64,000 nucleotides of DNA, taken from a virus. Taxonomy: Duplodnaviria; Caudoviricetes. A model generated the notes under the pieces. That model had not been told where the DNA came from. It did not search any database and was given only the letters and a program-made list of their open reading frames with translations. Every line of letters begins with the position of its first letter. The first letter of the stretch is position 1. Shown here piece by piece: positions 9,596 to 18,922 of the stretch. The translations under genes were made by a program, and so were the position numbers. Location of the stretch: IMG/VR virus record IMGVR_UViG_2974671799_000001, positions 128,001 through 192,000 of that record; one strand, 5' to 3'.

Positions 9596-10702
9596 TTATC
9601 TTATTAAATTAGCCAAACCTGCACCTTGAATATTTCCTTGTAAAAGGTTGTTTATATCATCCAACCCAGCACCAATATTATTTGAAAGTGTTGAAACTCT
9701 AGTGGCTAAACCACTTAATTGATACTCTTGATATGTATAATATGATGCTTGACTTTCACCATATCTAGATATATTATCTGTTGTATTTGTTGCTATTTGG
9801 TCTAGAATTTTTCTAGGTGTGAAATCTTTAGTTTCACCACTCAATACAGTTGTTAAAAGACTCATTTCCTCGCTAGAAAATGTCATTTCACCCATCATTG
9901 AAGGTGATAACATACTTAAATCAACATTCTCAAATCCTATAACAAAACTATTAAAGTTTTCCTGAACACTCATATTTGTCATTGCATCATAAAAAGCACC
10001 ACCACTTTCTGTAAGAAATTCACAATTTCCAAACTCGAATAACTGGTGATTTATTTCAGCAAATGATTGTGTTTCCCAGTTTCTAAGATATTTTATATCT
10101 GTTTTAAATACTCTCATATCAATAACATAAACAGACAACCCAAAAGACCTAAGATTCTCAGGTAATACAAATACTTTTCTATTTTTATCGTAAACTACCT
10201 CTCTCCACATTCTATTCAAAGATGCAATCTTTAAATCTAATGTTTCATATGTTCCAATAATTAATTTATTTTGATTCCTAAAGAATGAAATTTGCTCAAA
10301 AGGTTTTGTATAAACCTCTCTAAGACCTTCTATATTATTAAAAATCCAAGGTTGATGTGTATTAACTTCTGAAAGTCTAGCAATGAATAATTTAAGTATG
10401 TTATAACGATATGTATCACCGATATCATCCAAGTATTTCAATGCAGAGTTTGGATAACTTTCATCAGCTAGTAAACCATCAGTTGCTGAAAAGTTAAAAA
10501 ATAGTTTGAATCCATTAACAGTTGGGTCATTTAATAAAGACCTATGATTTTGTCTTAAAAGTTCAGGTGATTTATCATACGCATTCAAAAACTTCTCAAC
10601 ATCTTTATCAACATGGTATGTTTTTCCAATTATAAGATGTTTACCTTTTTGCCTTGCTTCATGTCTTTCAGTATTTGATGCTGTAATTACTTTTAATGCC
10701 AT
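9596..10702 (-). CDS. Probable virion (tail/baseplate) protein
   Basis: 368 aa, directly upstream of the gp5-like gene; minus-strand late-type AATGATAAATA upstream (about 10727-10737). Confidence 0.5.
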   Translation of the reverse strand: MALKVITASNTERHEARQKGKHLIIGKTYHVDKDVEKFLNAYDKSPELLRQNHRSLLNDPTVNGFKLFFNFSATDGLLADESYPNSALKYLDDIGDTYRYNILKLFIARLSEVNTHQPWIFNNIEGLREVYTKPFEQISFFRNQNKLIIGTYETLDLKIASLNRMWREVVYDKNRKVFVLPENLRSFGLSVYVIDMRVFKTDIKYLRNWETQSFAEINHQLFEFGNCEFLTESGGAFYDAMTNMSVQENFNSFVIGFENVDLSMLSPSMMGEMTFSSEEMSLLTTVLSGETKDFTPRKILDQIATNTTDNISRYGESQASYYTYQEYQLSGLATRVSTLSNNIGAGLDDINNLLQGNIQGAGLANLIR

Positions 10703-10823
10703 TTTAAATAAATTTATTCTTTAGTATATTTATCATTCTAATATAACAATTAAAATAATAATTATTTTGTTCAATTTTTAACCATGTTCATGAATCGTGA
10801 ACAATACAAAATAATGAACAAAA

Positions 10824-10873
10824 TATTCCGCTTTTATGGAATATATTAACATTATTCCACTTTTATGGAATAT
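10824..10873. promoter_or_regulatory. Tandem pair of palindromic operator-like sites
   Basis: TATTCCGCTTTTATGGAATAT (10824-10844) and TATTCCACTTTTATGGAATAT (10853-10873), each TATTCC-N8-GGAATA. Confidence 0.55.
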
Positions 10874-10882
10874 TTAATTAAA

Positions 10883-11290
10883 ATACTGATTATCAATATT
10901 CTACACTTTTTATTTTGTCCTTAAAAATAAATGTTAAAATTTTGTTAAAATTGTTAAAATCACATACATAAAATATTCAACATGACCAATTTTTTAACAT
11001 TTTAAATTATAATTTTAAGTAACTGATTTACAACGTTTTATAAGAATTTAACAAATTTCAGTATTTTGTTTAATTTTAAACAATTACACCCGAAAAATTT
11101 TTGACATATACAAAACTTACTGTAGCGACAATATTTTAACAATTTCTTTATCATATTCTCAATAAAACGCATTTTTCATTGAAAGAAAATCAGTAAAAAT
11201 ATACCTAGGTGCATTTTCTTTTATATATTATAAATACAAATAACATAAATAAAAGCGCGCGGAGATAGGTTTAAAAAATTCTTATAAAAA
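10883..11290. repeat. ~410 bp non-coding repeat, copy 1 (candidate replication origin)
   Basis: Collinear with 53795-54203 with long identical blocks; repeated TGTTAAAA/TTTAACA motifs and IHF-like sites. Confidence 0.9.
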
Positions 11291-11345
11291 CTATCTAAAA
11301 ATGATTTATTTTTATACATTTGTGATTTAATAAAACTTATAAATT

Positions 11346-11684
11346 ATGAATAGAAATTTTATACGTGATGAGATACTTTATGAATTATGTTTATTAAATG
11401 GTGGGAAACGAAAAATTGGAATAACAAATTGGATGAATATTTTAATTGTTGAAGAAACTGAAATGAAAAGAAAATATTCGATAGAATTTTCGACTGGTTA
11501 TAAATGTTTGGTTACAAAAGAGTATTCGATAAGTGGTAAAAACTTAAATAGTTCTAAAGATGATATTATATACCCACCAAGAGTAAATATTAATTTTTAT
11601 GTTGAAGTTGAAACACCAAAGGGTAAGAATGAGGATGATTTCTATAACTTCCTTACAAAAAATTTTGATAATATATTTATTTAA
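11346..11684 (+). CDS. Hypothetical protein
   Basis: 112 aa ORF after TACATTTG at 11315-11322. Confidence 0.7.
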   Translation: MNRNFIRDEILYELCLLNGGKRKIGITNWMNILIVEETEMKRKYSIEFSTGYKCLVTKEYSISGKNLNSSKDDIIYPPRVNINFYVEVETPKGKNEDDFYNFLTKNFDNIFI

Positions 11685-11722
11685 CGTATATTTGCATTTC
11701 AAACTAAAATTTATATAAGATT

Positions 11723-13276
11723 ATGCTTATAGACATTGTTCAACGAAAAGGGCGTGTTGAAGTTTCTTTTGTCGATAAAACAGGACAAATAGAATTAACA
11801 TCCATACCCACTACATTTGAGAATTGGGTTAAGTGTGATGAAGACGACCCACAAAAATCTAAAAAGTATCGAAACTGGACTGGTGAACCAGTTAAGAAGG
11901 TACATGATAGGGAATTTAAAGACTTGAATTTGCGTGAATTTTTATTACATAAAGTTCCGAAGGATATTCAAGAAAAGATTTTCGCTTATAATAAACCGAA
12001 TTGGTATGCTGTCGATATAGAGGTTGATGTTAGGAATTGTAATGGATTCCCTGAGCCAACAAAGGCTGAACACCCTATTTCAACAATTCAGGTAACAAAT
12101 CAACAACTTTCCACAGTTCTTTTGATTTTTGATGATATGAATCGTATTGAGGGAACACAGGAATATAAAGACTTTATTTCAGAAAGGGTTCGTAAACACT
12201 TTCAATCATCAAAAAAGGCACAAGATTTAATAAATAAGTATGCGAAGGATGGTGTTTTAAAATATGAACATATTGTTGTTAAGAGTGAGCGAGAATTATT
12301 AAAAGTTTATTTTGCTTTACAGAAAAAATCAATGCATCACATCATGGGTTGGAACTGGCTTGATTTCGATAGTCCTTATATTCATAAACGTGCTGTAAAA
12401 AATAATGTAAATCACTCAATGGCATCACCTGTTGGTGAGTTGGTGAATCGTGAAATATCTCGTGATAAGTTTGCTAAACATAAAGATTCAGAAAAGACAA
12501 AGGAAGATTTAGAACAAGAACGTAAGGAGCGAACATTTTCTACACCACGTCACAGAGTAGAAGTCGATTTGATGCAGGTTATAAATAAGTTCGATTATTC
12601 TATTGATAAAACATCATTAGCTTTAGATGCTATTGGATATCAAGCTGTTGATGTTCCGAAAATAAAGTATGATGGTAGTTTCCGTGATTTATTTTTAGAT
12701 ACAGATAATTTCCTTACATATTCGGCAGTAGATACGATTTTATTAATGATGGTTCACTTGCGTTTGAATACAATTACCTCATTGGAAATGGTTACATATT
12801 ATTCGAAAATTCCATTAGAGCGCGGATTTAGTACATTAGCTTTAGGTGATGCTATGTTTTGGGATGAACAATTTTCAAACGGATTGGTGTTTTGTCACGA
12901 AGATAGGTACTCAGATGATGATGATGGTGATACTGATTTTGAGGGTGGATATGTAATTAATCCTAGATATGCAACAGGTGAATGGGTTGCACTTGTTGAT
13001 TTTAAGTCGCTTTATCCAACTTGTGGTCAGTCTTTAGGTTGTTCTTTTGATAATATCATAAAAGAGAATGCTACGGATGAAGAAATAAAAGAGGCTATTA
13101 AACTTGGTCATAGAGTTTCAATGAATAGAACTATTTATGACAAAGATGATGATGGTACATTGACTCGTGTTTGGAATAGACTAATTTATGAGCGTTATCA
13201 CTTTAAGGATATTCGTTTATTTATTGATAATAAGATGCAACCAGTTATTAAAAAAATGATAGAAGCTCATGGATAA
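11723..13276 (+). CDS. Family B DNA polymerase, N-terminal subunit (3'-5' exonuclease plus motif A)
   Basis: ExoI AVDIEVD, ExoII GWNWLDFDSPYI, ExoIII YSAVDT, FEGGYV, motif A VDFKSLYPT; lacks motifs B and C. Confidence 0.92.
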   Translation: MLIDIVQRKGRVEVSFVDKTGQIELTSIPTTFENWVKCDEDDPQKSKKYRNWTGEPVKKVHDREFKDLNLREFLLHKVPKDIQEKIFAYNKPNWYAVDIEVDVRNCNGFPEPTKAEHPISTIQVTNQQLSTVLLIFDDMNRIEGTQEYKDFISERVRKHFQSSKKAQDLINKYAKDGVLKYEHIVVKSERELLKVYFALQKKSMHHIMGWNWLDFDSPYIHKRAVKNNVNHSMASPVGELVNREISRDKFAKHKDSEKTKEDLEQERKERTFSTPRHRVEVDLMQVINKFDYSIDKTSLALDAIGYQAVDVPKIKYDGSFRDLFLDTDNFLTYSAVDTILLMMVHLRLNTITSLEMVTYYSKIPLERGFSTLALGDAMFWDEQFSNGLVFCHEDRYSDDDDGDTDFEGGYVINPRYATGEWVALVDFKSLYPTCGQSLGCSFDNIIKENATDEEIKEAIKLGHRVSMNRTIYDKDDDGTLTRVWNRLIYERYHFKDIRLFIDNKMQPVIKKMIEAHG

Positions 13277-13568
13277 GGATATAAAAGAATTTATAGAGAA
13301 GTTAAATAGATTAGATGGAACACAACCGTTTCATCTAATCTTTGATAGGTTAATTCAATTAAAAGATAATGAGAGTACCGAGAATACATTACAGTTCATT
13401 AATAACTTTGTTGATGCTAGAGGATTATTTGGAGAAAATAGAATAATTTCTTATCTTCGCGTAATATTAATAGTCTTCAAATCATTTAGGTATGATGAGG
13501 ATTGGAAAGAAACACTTAAAAATGTTCAAGATATAATTGAATCGGAAATGGGTGTAGAACTAAAATAG
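13269..13568 (+). CDS. Hypothetical protein between the polymerase halves
   Basis: 99 aa, overlaps the end of the upstream gene; TAG stop. Confidence 0.65.
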   Translation: MDKDIKEFIEKLNRLDGTQPFHLIFDRLIQLKDNESTENTLQFINNFVDARGLFGENRIISYLRVILIVFKSFRYDEDWKETLKNVQDIIESEMGVELK

Positions 13569-13590
13569 AACAAAATTAAATTTTAAGTAT

Positions 13591-14490
13591 ATGAGTAGAA
13601 AACTTATAGTAAAGGGTATAGACCCTTCAAATTTTATGAGATTGATTATAAAATCAGCACTTGTTAGAGATAAGAAAGGTGATAAAATCGCGGCTGAGTC
13701 TTTACCTCTTATGATTACTGGTGATAAAATCAAGTCTTTAAAAGAGACAAAAACTGAAACAACTTGTAAGTATTGGTATGAAGATTTAAGTCTTTTCTGT
13801 GAGAATGCCGATGAGGTAAAAGAAATTTTAGGGGATAATACTTGTAGAATTTGGCTTTTCAGTTGTAAAAGTTTAGTTTCGGGATGCTTGAAACATTTTA
13901 AAGAAAAGGTTAATTTAGAAATCATTTTAGATGATGGTAACTTTGATGCTGTTGAATATGTATCTATATTCAATGAGAGTGCTAAGATAAAATTTTCTGT
14001 TGGTGTTGCTTCTGCTACTTTTGATGAGTATGATGAAGAAGATTTGAATGATATTTTTGATGTATCTAGGGCTAAATGTTCATTTTCTTTATCTGATGAT
14101 GAATTAAAGAAGATTAAACAAGCATCTAAGATGGAATATATTTTAGGTAAATCACATGATGCTGTTTCATTTGTTGCTCGTGACGGTTCTTTATATTTCA
14201 AAACATTTACTGTTGAAATTAAATTACATGATACAGATGTTGAGTTCGATGAGTTTTACATTAAAAAAGATGTTATTGAAACTATTGATGCTGAGTCTCA
14301 CAATGTTTTTATAACCAACTGGAATAACACGGATTGTATTATTGTTAATTCTGTTGATTCTGATACATTCCAGTATATCGGTATCTTAAATAAATTCAAT
14401 ACATCTATTGATTTGGAAAGTGTTGAAGAAGAGATTGAAGCTGTTGATTATGCTAGTTTCGATGGTATGGATGAAAACCCATTATTCTAA
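13591..14490 (+). CDS. Probable sliding clamp (gp45-like)
   Basis: 299 aa, acidic, beta-rich pattern, CSFSLSDDELKKIKQAS segment; lies between the two polymerase genes. Confidence 0.6.
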   Translation: MSRKLIVKGIDPSNFMRLIIKSALVRDKKGDKIAAESLPLMITGDKIKSLKETKTETTCKYWYEDLSLFCENADEVKEILGDNTCRIWLFSCKSLVSGCLKHFKEKVNLEIILDDGNFDAVEYVSIFNESAKIKFSVGVASATFDEYDEEDLNDIFDVSRAKCSFSLSDDELKKIKQASKMEYILGKSHDAVSFVARDGSLYFKTFTVEIKLHDTDVEFDEFYIKKDVIETIDAESHNVFITNWNNTDCIIVNSVDSDTFQYIGILNKFNTSIDLESVEEEIEAVDYASFDGMDENPLF

Positions 14491-15902
14491 TGAGTGATGT
14501 TTTAGATATAGCTTTCAAGGCATTAGCTATTGATGAACATTTAATTACAACAAAAGGAAATTCGCCTGACCTCGCACCTGATTTATTTGATGCGAGGGTG
14601 GCGATTGAAAAAACATTTGTTGATTTATGTGAGCGTTTAGATAATGTTGATGAAATAAAGGATGATAAAAAGGCTTTAGAGATTTTGTATGATGATTTAC
14701 AGAATGCATCTATCTTTTATGATGCTACACAGTTATCCGCAAAAACTCTTGCAAATTCAATGTATGGATATGTTGGTGCGCCATTTTCTAGATACTATAA
14801 AAAGTGTGTTGCCGCTGACATTACAGCCGAAGGACGTAACGCTACAAAGATGGCAGATGTAAGAACCACTCAATATTTTGAATCACCTAAAGGATGGGCT
14901 AGTGAGACTGAATATTTCGAAAAGATTAAAGTTGAATTTGCTGATATTATTAATGTTGATAAGTTGACACCTGTAAAGGCATCTAACGGATTGGGTATTT
15001 ATGGTGATACGGATTCTGTATTCTTTATCATGAAGCCTATTTTGGATAGCTTGGGTGTTAAACCTGATGCTGATAGTTATCGTTGTACTGAATTATGTGT
15101 TAGTATAATTATGAATCCTGTTGATAAGATACATAAGGAGTTATTTAGAAGATATGCTGAGAATAGGAATTGTAAGAATTTACAAGTATTTGAATTAGAG
15201 GCTATTTTAAGGCGAACTATTCACCTTGCAAAGAAAAAGTATATTGGTTCGTATTTTTGGAAGGATGGTAAATTTTTAATTCCTAAAGATTTTGATTCGA
15301 TACCGAATGCTTATAAGAGTATTAAGTTAAAATCTACAGGTTTAGAGCTTGCCCAAAAATCGACACCAGTAATTATCAAGGAATATCTTAAAAAGTATGT
15401 TTATTTGATGTTGTCTAGTAAACAGGTTTCTGATGAGTTTTACTTTAAGATGGCTTACGCAATGACTAAAAGTTTTTCTGATATGCATATTGATGATTAT
15501 TCTAAAGCTAGGGCGTTGGGTACATTTAACAAGTATCATGATATAAAACCTAATGGTCAATATATAAAAACTGGTGGTGATAAAGTTATGGGTGCTTGTG
15601 TTCGTTATAATAATGAAGTGATAAATCACGGTTTAGAATCAAAATATCCGATGATTGCGCAAGGTTCAAGGGTTAAGTTTTATGAAGATATTAATCAACA
15701 AACATTTGCATATCCAATTGATGATAATTGTTCTTTTCCCGAAGAATTTGCACCACCACCACACATAAGGTTGAATTTGGAAAAGATGTTATTTAAACCA
15801 TTAGAAAGGATTATGTGTAAGGTTACCAATGCAGATTTGAGTATGTTGGGTTCACAACATTATCAAGTAACTAAATCTATTTTCAAGAAGAAAAAGTTAT
15901 AA
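14490..15902 (+). CDS. Family B DNA polymerase, C-terminal subunit (motifs B and C, thumb)
   Basis: KTLANSMYG, ITAEGR, YGDTDS, FELE, KKKY, GLE. Confidence 0.92.
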   Translation: MSDVLDIAFKALAIDEHLITTKGNSPDLAPDLFDARVAIEKTFVDLCERLDNVDEIKDDKKALEILYDDLQNASIFYDATQLSAKTLANSMYGYVGAPFSRYYKKCVAADITAEGRNATKMADVRTTQYFESPKGWASETEYFEKIKVEFADIINVDKLTPVKASNGLGIYGDTDSVFFIMKPILDSLGVKPDADSYRCTELCVSIIMNPVDKIHKELFRRYAENRNCKNLQVFELEAILRRTIHLAKKKYIGSYFWKDGKFLIPKDFDSIPNAYKSIKLKSTGLELAQKSTPVIIKEYLKKYVYLMLSSKQVSDEFYFKMAYAMTKSFSDMHIDDYSKARALGTFNKYHDIKPNGQYIKTGGDKVMGACVRYNNEVINHGLESKYPMIAQGSRVKFYEDINQQTFAYPIDDNCSFPEEFAPPPHIRLNLEKMLFKPLERIMCKVTNADLSMLGSQHYQVTKSIFKKKKL

Positions 15903-15915
15903 TTTATATTAAAAC

Positions 15916-15993
15916 TATAAATAAACTGTATAATATTGTTTGAAAGTCAAAGGTATTTTTTTATACTTTTGGCTTTCAAACAATATATAAATA
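15916..15993 (+). promoter_or_regulatory. Two T4-type late promoters flanking a 24-bp hairpin
   Basis: TATAAATA at 15916-15923 and 15986-15993; inverted repeat 15933-15956 / 15963-15986. Confidence 0.7.
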
Positions 15994-16056
15994 AACGACA
16001 AATTTATTTGTCATAAGTGTAAGAAGTTTCAAGATAAAATAAAATTCTAATCAAGT

Positions 16057-18867
16057 ATGAAAAATTTTCAAAGTTTTGTAGATAAGTTCGTTGGAGAATC
16101 ACAATTAGGTGAGAACTTATTACAATTAAAGCCTATGTCTTCAAAAGGGGCATTGTACAAAATTAATGCGCTTAAACACTTCAACGAATCTGTAATCGAC
16201 ATACATTACATTGTTAATGATTTAGTGGTAGAAGGTATGAAATTACAAAACACGGACAAAAGTGTTTTCCAATTCGCTGATAATTTAAGAAATATGATTG
16301 TTGAAAATGAGAATGCATTTAATATTGCATTTTTATTTGAATCAATTGAGAAGTCACCAAGAAAATCAGAGATTGATGAAAGAACTCAAAATATTATTGA
16401 GTCTATAATCTTAGAAGGTGAATTAAAAATCGGAGCATCTGTAATGACAGGTGAATTATCAAGAAGTAAATTCTATTATAATGATTTAAGAAACATCGAG
16501 CAAAGAATAATTGAGAGTAATGCATCTAAAATGAAAGATGTTGTTACTTCTGATTTCGAGATTTCGACACCAGTTTCTTACGTTTTTGAAACAGAGCAAG
16601 GAAAAATCGTTAGAGTTCAGAATGATGTATTTTTAGTAACAGAAAGTGAAATTATACCAACACAAGCACCATCACAAGAATTTGTTACAATTTCTGAGAA
16701 TGCTAAAAATTTAAAATATAACAAAGATGGTCAAACAGTTTTAGATACCGCTTTAGGAACATTAGTTTTAGAAGGTGAGTCTTTAAGTGTTATTGATAAA
16801 GAAGGTGTTATCAATGAGAGTTTAAATTCAAAAGAATCAATCTTAAATGAGTTTGCTTTCCAAGTAAACGAAATGGGATTGAATGAATCTGAGTTAACTA
16901 AATTGGATGCATTTGTTGTTATTTCTGAAAATAGCGAAAACTTTAAGAGTTTAGAAAACTTCAAAGTTTTAAAGAATTTCACAACTGGTGATATTGGTAT
17001 GATTGCAACTGTTGGTAAAAATGTATTTGGTTCTATTTTGGAATCACAAAGAGTTTTCAAAGGTTCTAAGAATTTCGAAAGTATTACAGAAGCTGTAAAC
17101 TTCATGAATGAGAAAATCGGAGTTGATGCAACGCCTATTTTTGAGGGGGAAATGAAGGATGAAAAAGAAAAAGAAGATACTAAAAATGCAAAGGTTGCTG
17201 AAATAGATGAAAGTATTGCTAAATTAGAAGCTACAAGAACTAAAGTAGAAGAAGCTATGAAAACCACTACAGAAGGTTCAGAAGCTCATACAAAGTATTT
17301 AGAAATGTCTTCACAAGTTAGTGAGGAAATGACTAAGTTAAAGAAGAAAAAGAATGAAGTTCTTAACTTCGAAGGTGAAGAGGAAGAAGATGAAGAAGAG
17401 CAAATGGAAGAGTCTAAATCAGTATCGAAAATGAAAGTAGATATGAAGTTGGTTAAACAAGCTTTAGACAACTTTAAAGGTTTACAAACTACTAAAGGTG
17501 ATTTATTTGATATTTCTTATTTCCCTGATTTCACGGATGATGTTGATAAAGGTTATATGACTGGTTTAATTGGTAAAGTTGACCCTAATAAAGTTGATTT
17601 GGGATATTCTAAGAAGGATAATTTCTTTAGAGTTGCTTTATTTGACTATAAATTCAAGTTAATAAAATCTATTGATGAGATTGATACTAAAGAATCTGAT
17701 GCTTTAAAGTTTATCGGTGAATCTGAGGAAGAGGAAGAGGAAGAGAAAACTACCTACATGAAGTGTAAGGAAGAGCGTGATAAAATGGTTGAAGAAGGTA
17801 TTAAGATGAATAACTTAGATTGGGGTAAATCAACTGAGGAAAGAAATAAAAATCTTGAAGCTTATGATAAGTTGAAAACTGATGAAGAAAGAGAAGCTTT
17901 CAAAAAGAAGTTAAAAGGTATCAACGAATCTAAAGGTGACCAAGAAGAGTACCAAAAATTCTTTAAGAAGATGTTAAAGAAATATGGTGTTGAAGAGCCT
18001 GACCAATTAAAAGATGAAGACAAAAAGAAATTCTATGAGGAAGTAGATAAAGGTTGGAAATCTGACAAAGAAGAGTGTGGTGTTGATGAGAGTAGAATGC
18101 AAGATAATCCATTTTATATAGAGTTAGAATCTTTAAAAGTTGGTACTATTGTTAAAGGTGGTGTTATAAAAAGCATGAAAGCTAAACTTAAAACATACAC
18201 AAAAGTTGGCGACAATAAATGGGAGCGCGAAGGTGATGGTAAAGTATTTGAAACATCTAATGTTTATGTTAGCATTGGTGGTACTAACGTAACCATCATA
18301 GGTAAAGATGATAAATCGGGAACTGCTAAAATAGATGATACGAAAATCACTTACATAAAAGAAGGTGAAGATGAAAAAGAAGGTGAAGAGGAAAAAAACC
18401 GTATCAAAAACGAACCTGTAAAAGAAGGTGAAGAATCACCTGCCGATAAAATCGATTCTGAGGAAGAGGAAGAGGAAAAAGATGAAGATGGTGGAAAGAA
18501 GGATAAAGGTGATGTTAAAGTAGAAGAGTCTAATAAAGGACAAAACGGTGTTATCAAATTTGCATTTGATGATGATGAAAATGTTTTTTATAGTGATGGT
18601 TATAAGACTAAAATTCAAGTTATGGATGGTTCTTTTGACTATAGAAAGAAAGCTTGGGTTGAACCTGATTTCGAATCGGATGATTGGGAATACTTAAAAA
18701 AGGACTATGCTAAACAATTAAACAAGCAAGTTAAAGGAAAAACTTTCGTTTATGATGATAGTATATTAGAGTCTGAATGTGATGAAAAAGAGGTTGAAGA
18801 GAGTTATAAAGCTATCTTAACCAAAGCTAAAAACATTAATGAGTCTATCGAAGCTCTTTTAAATTAA
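16057..18867 (+). CDS. Prohead core/scaffold-like polyprotein with many putative prohead-protease sites
   Basis: 936 aa, acidic; leader MKNFQSFVDKFVGES; about 18 [FILVM]-x-E-S motifs; late promoter. Confidence 0.65.
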   Translation: MKNFQSFVDKFVGESQLGENLLQLKPMSSKGALYKINALKHFNESVIDIHYIVNDLVVEGMKLQNTDKSVFQFADNLRNMIVENENAFNIAFLFESIEKSPRKSEIDERTQNIIESIILEGELKIGASVMTGELSRSKFYYNDLRNIEQRIIESNASKMKDVVTSDFEISTPVSYVFETEQGKIVRVQNDVFLVTESEIIPTQAPSQEFVTISENAKNLKYNKDGQTVLDTALGTLVLEGESLSVIDKEGVINESLNSKESILNEFAFQVNEMGLNESELTKLDAFVVISENSENFKSLENFKVLKNFTTGDIGMIATVGKNVFGSILESQRVFKGSKNFESITEAVNFMNEKIGVDATPIFEGEMKDEKEKEDTKNAKVAEIDESIAKLEATRTKVEEAMKTTTEGSEAHTKYLEMSSQVSEEMTKLKKKKNEVLNFEGEEEEDEEEQMEESKSVSKMKVDMKLVKQALDNFKGLQTTKGDLFDISYFPDFTDDVDKGYMTGLIGKVDPNKVDLGYSKKDNFFRVALFDYKFKLIKSIDEIDTKESDALKFIGESEEEEEEEKTTYMKCKEERDKMVEEGIKMNNLDWGKSTEERNKNLEAYDKLKTDEEREAFKKKLKGINESKGDQEEYQKFFKKMLKKYGVEEPDQLKDEDKKKFYEEVDKGWKSDKEECGVDESRMQDNPFYIELESLKVGTIVKGGVIKSMKAKLKTYTKVGDNKWEREGDGKVFETSNVYVSIGGTNVTIIGKDDKSGTAKIDDTKITYIKEGEDEKEGEEEKNRIKNEPVKEGEESPADKIDSEEEEEEKDEDGGKKDKGDVKVEESNKGQNGVIKFAFDDDENVFYSDGYKTKIQVMDGSFDYRKKAWVEPDFESDDWEYLKKDYAKQLNKQVKGKTFVYDDSILESECDEKEVEESYKAILTKAKNINESIEALLN

Positions 18868-18922
18868 TAACAAATCAAAAGGGTGTTTTTATAACACCCT
18901 TTTTTAATAACATATACAAAGA

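Noticed and set aside
10883-11290. Repeat as IS/MITE or CRISPR array
   Set aside because: No terminal inverted repeats, target-site duplication or regular repeat-spacer period.
13276-14490. Intron, intein or homing endonuclease interrupting the polymerase
   Set aside because: No splice-junction, LAGLIDADG, HNH or GIY-YIG motifs seen; the intervening ORFs look like ordinary coupled genes.
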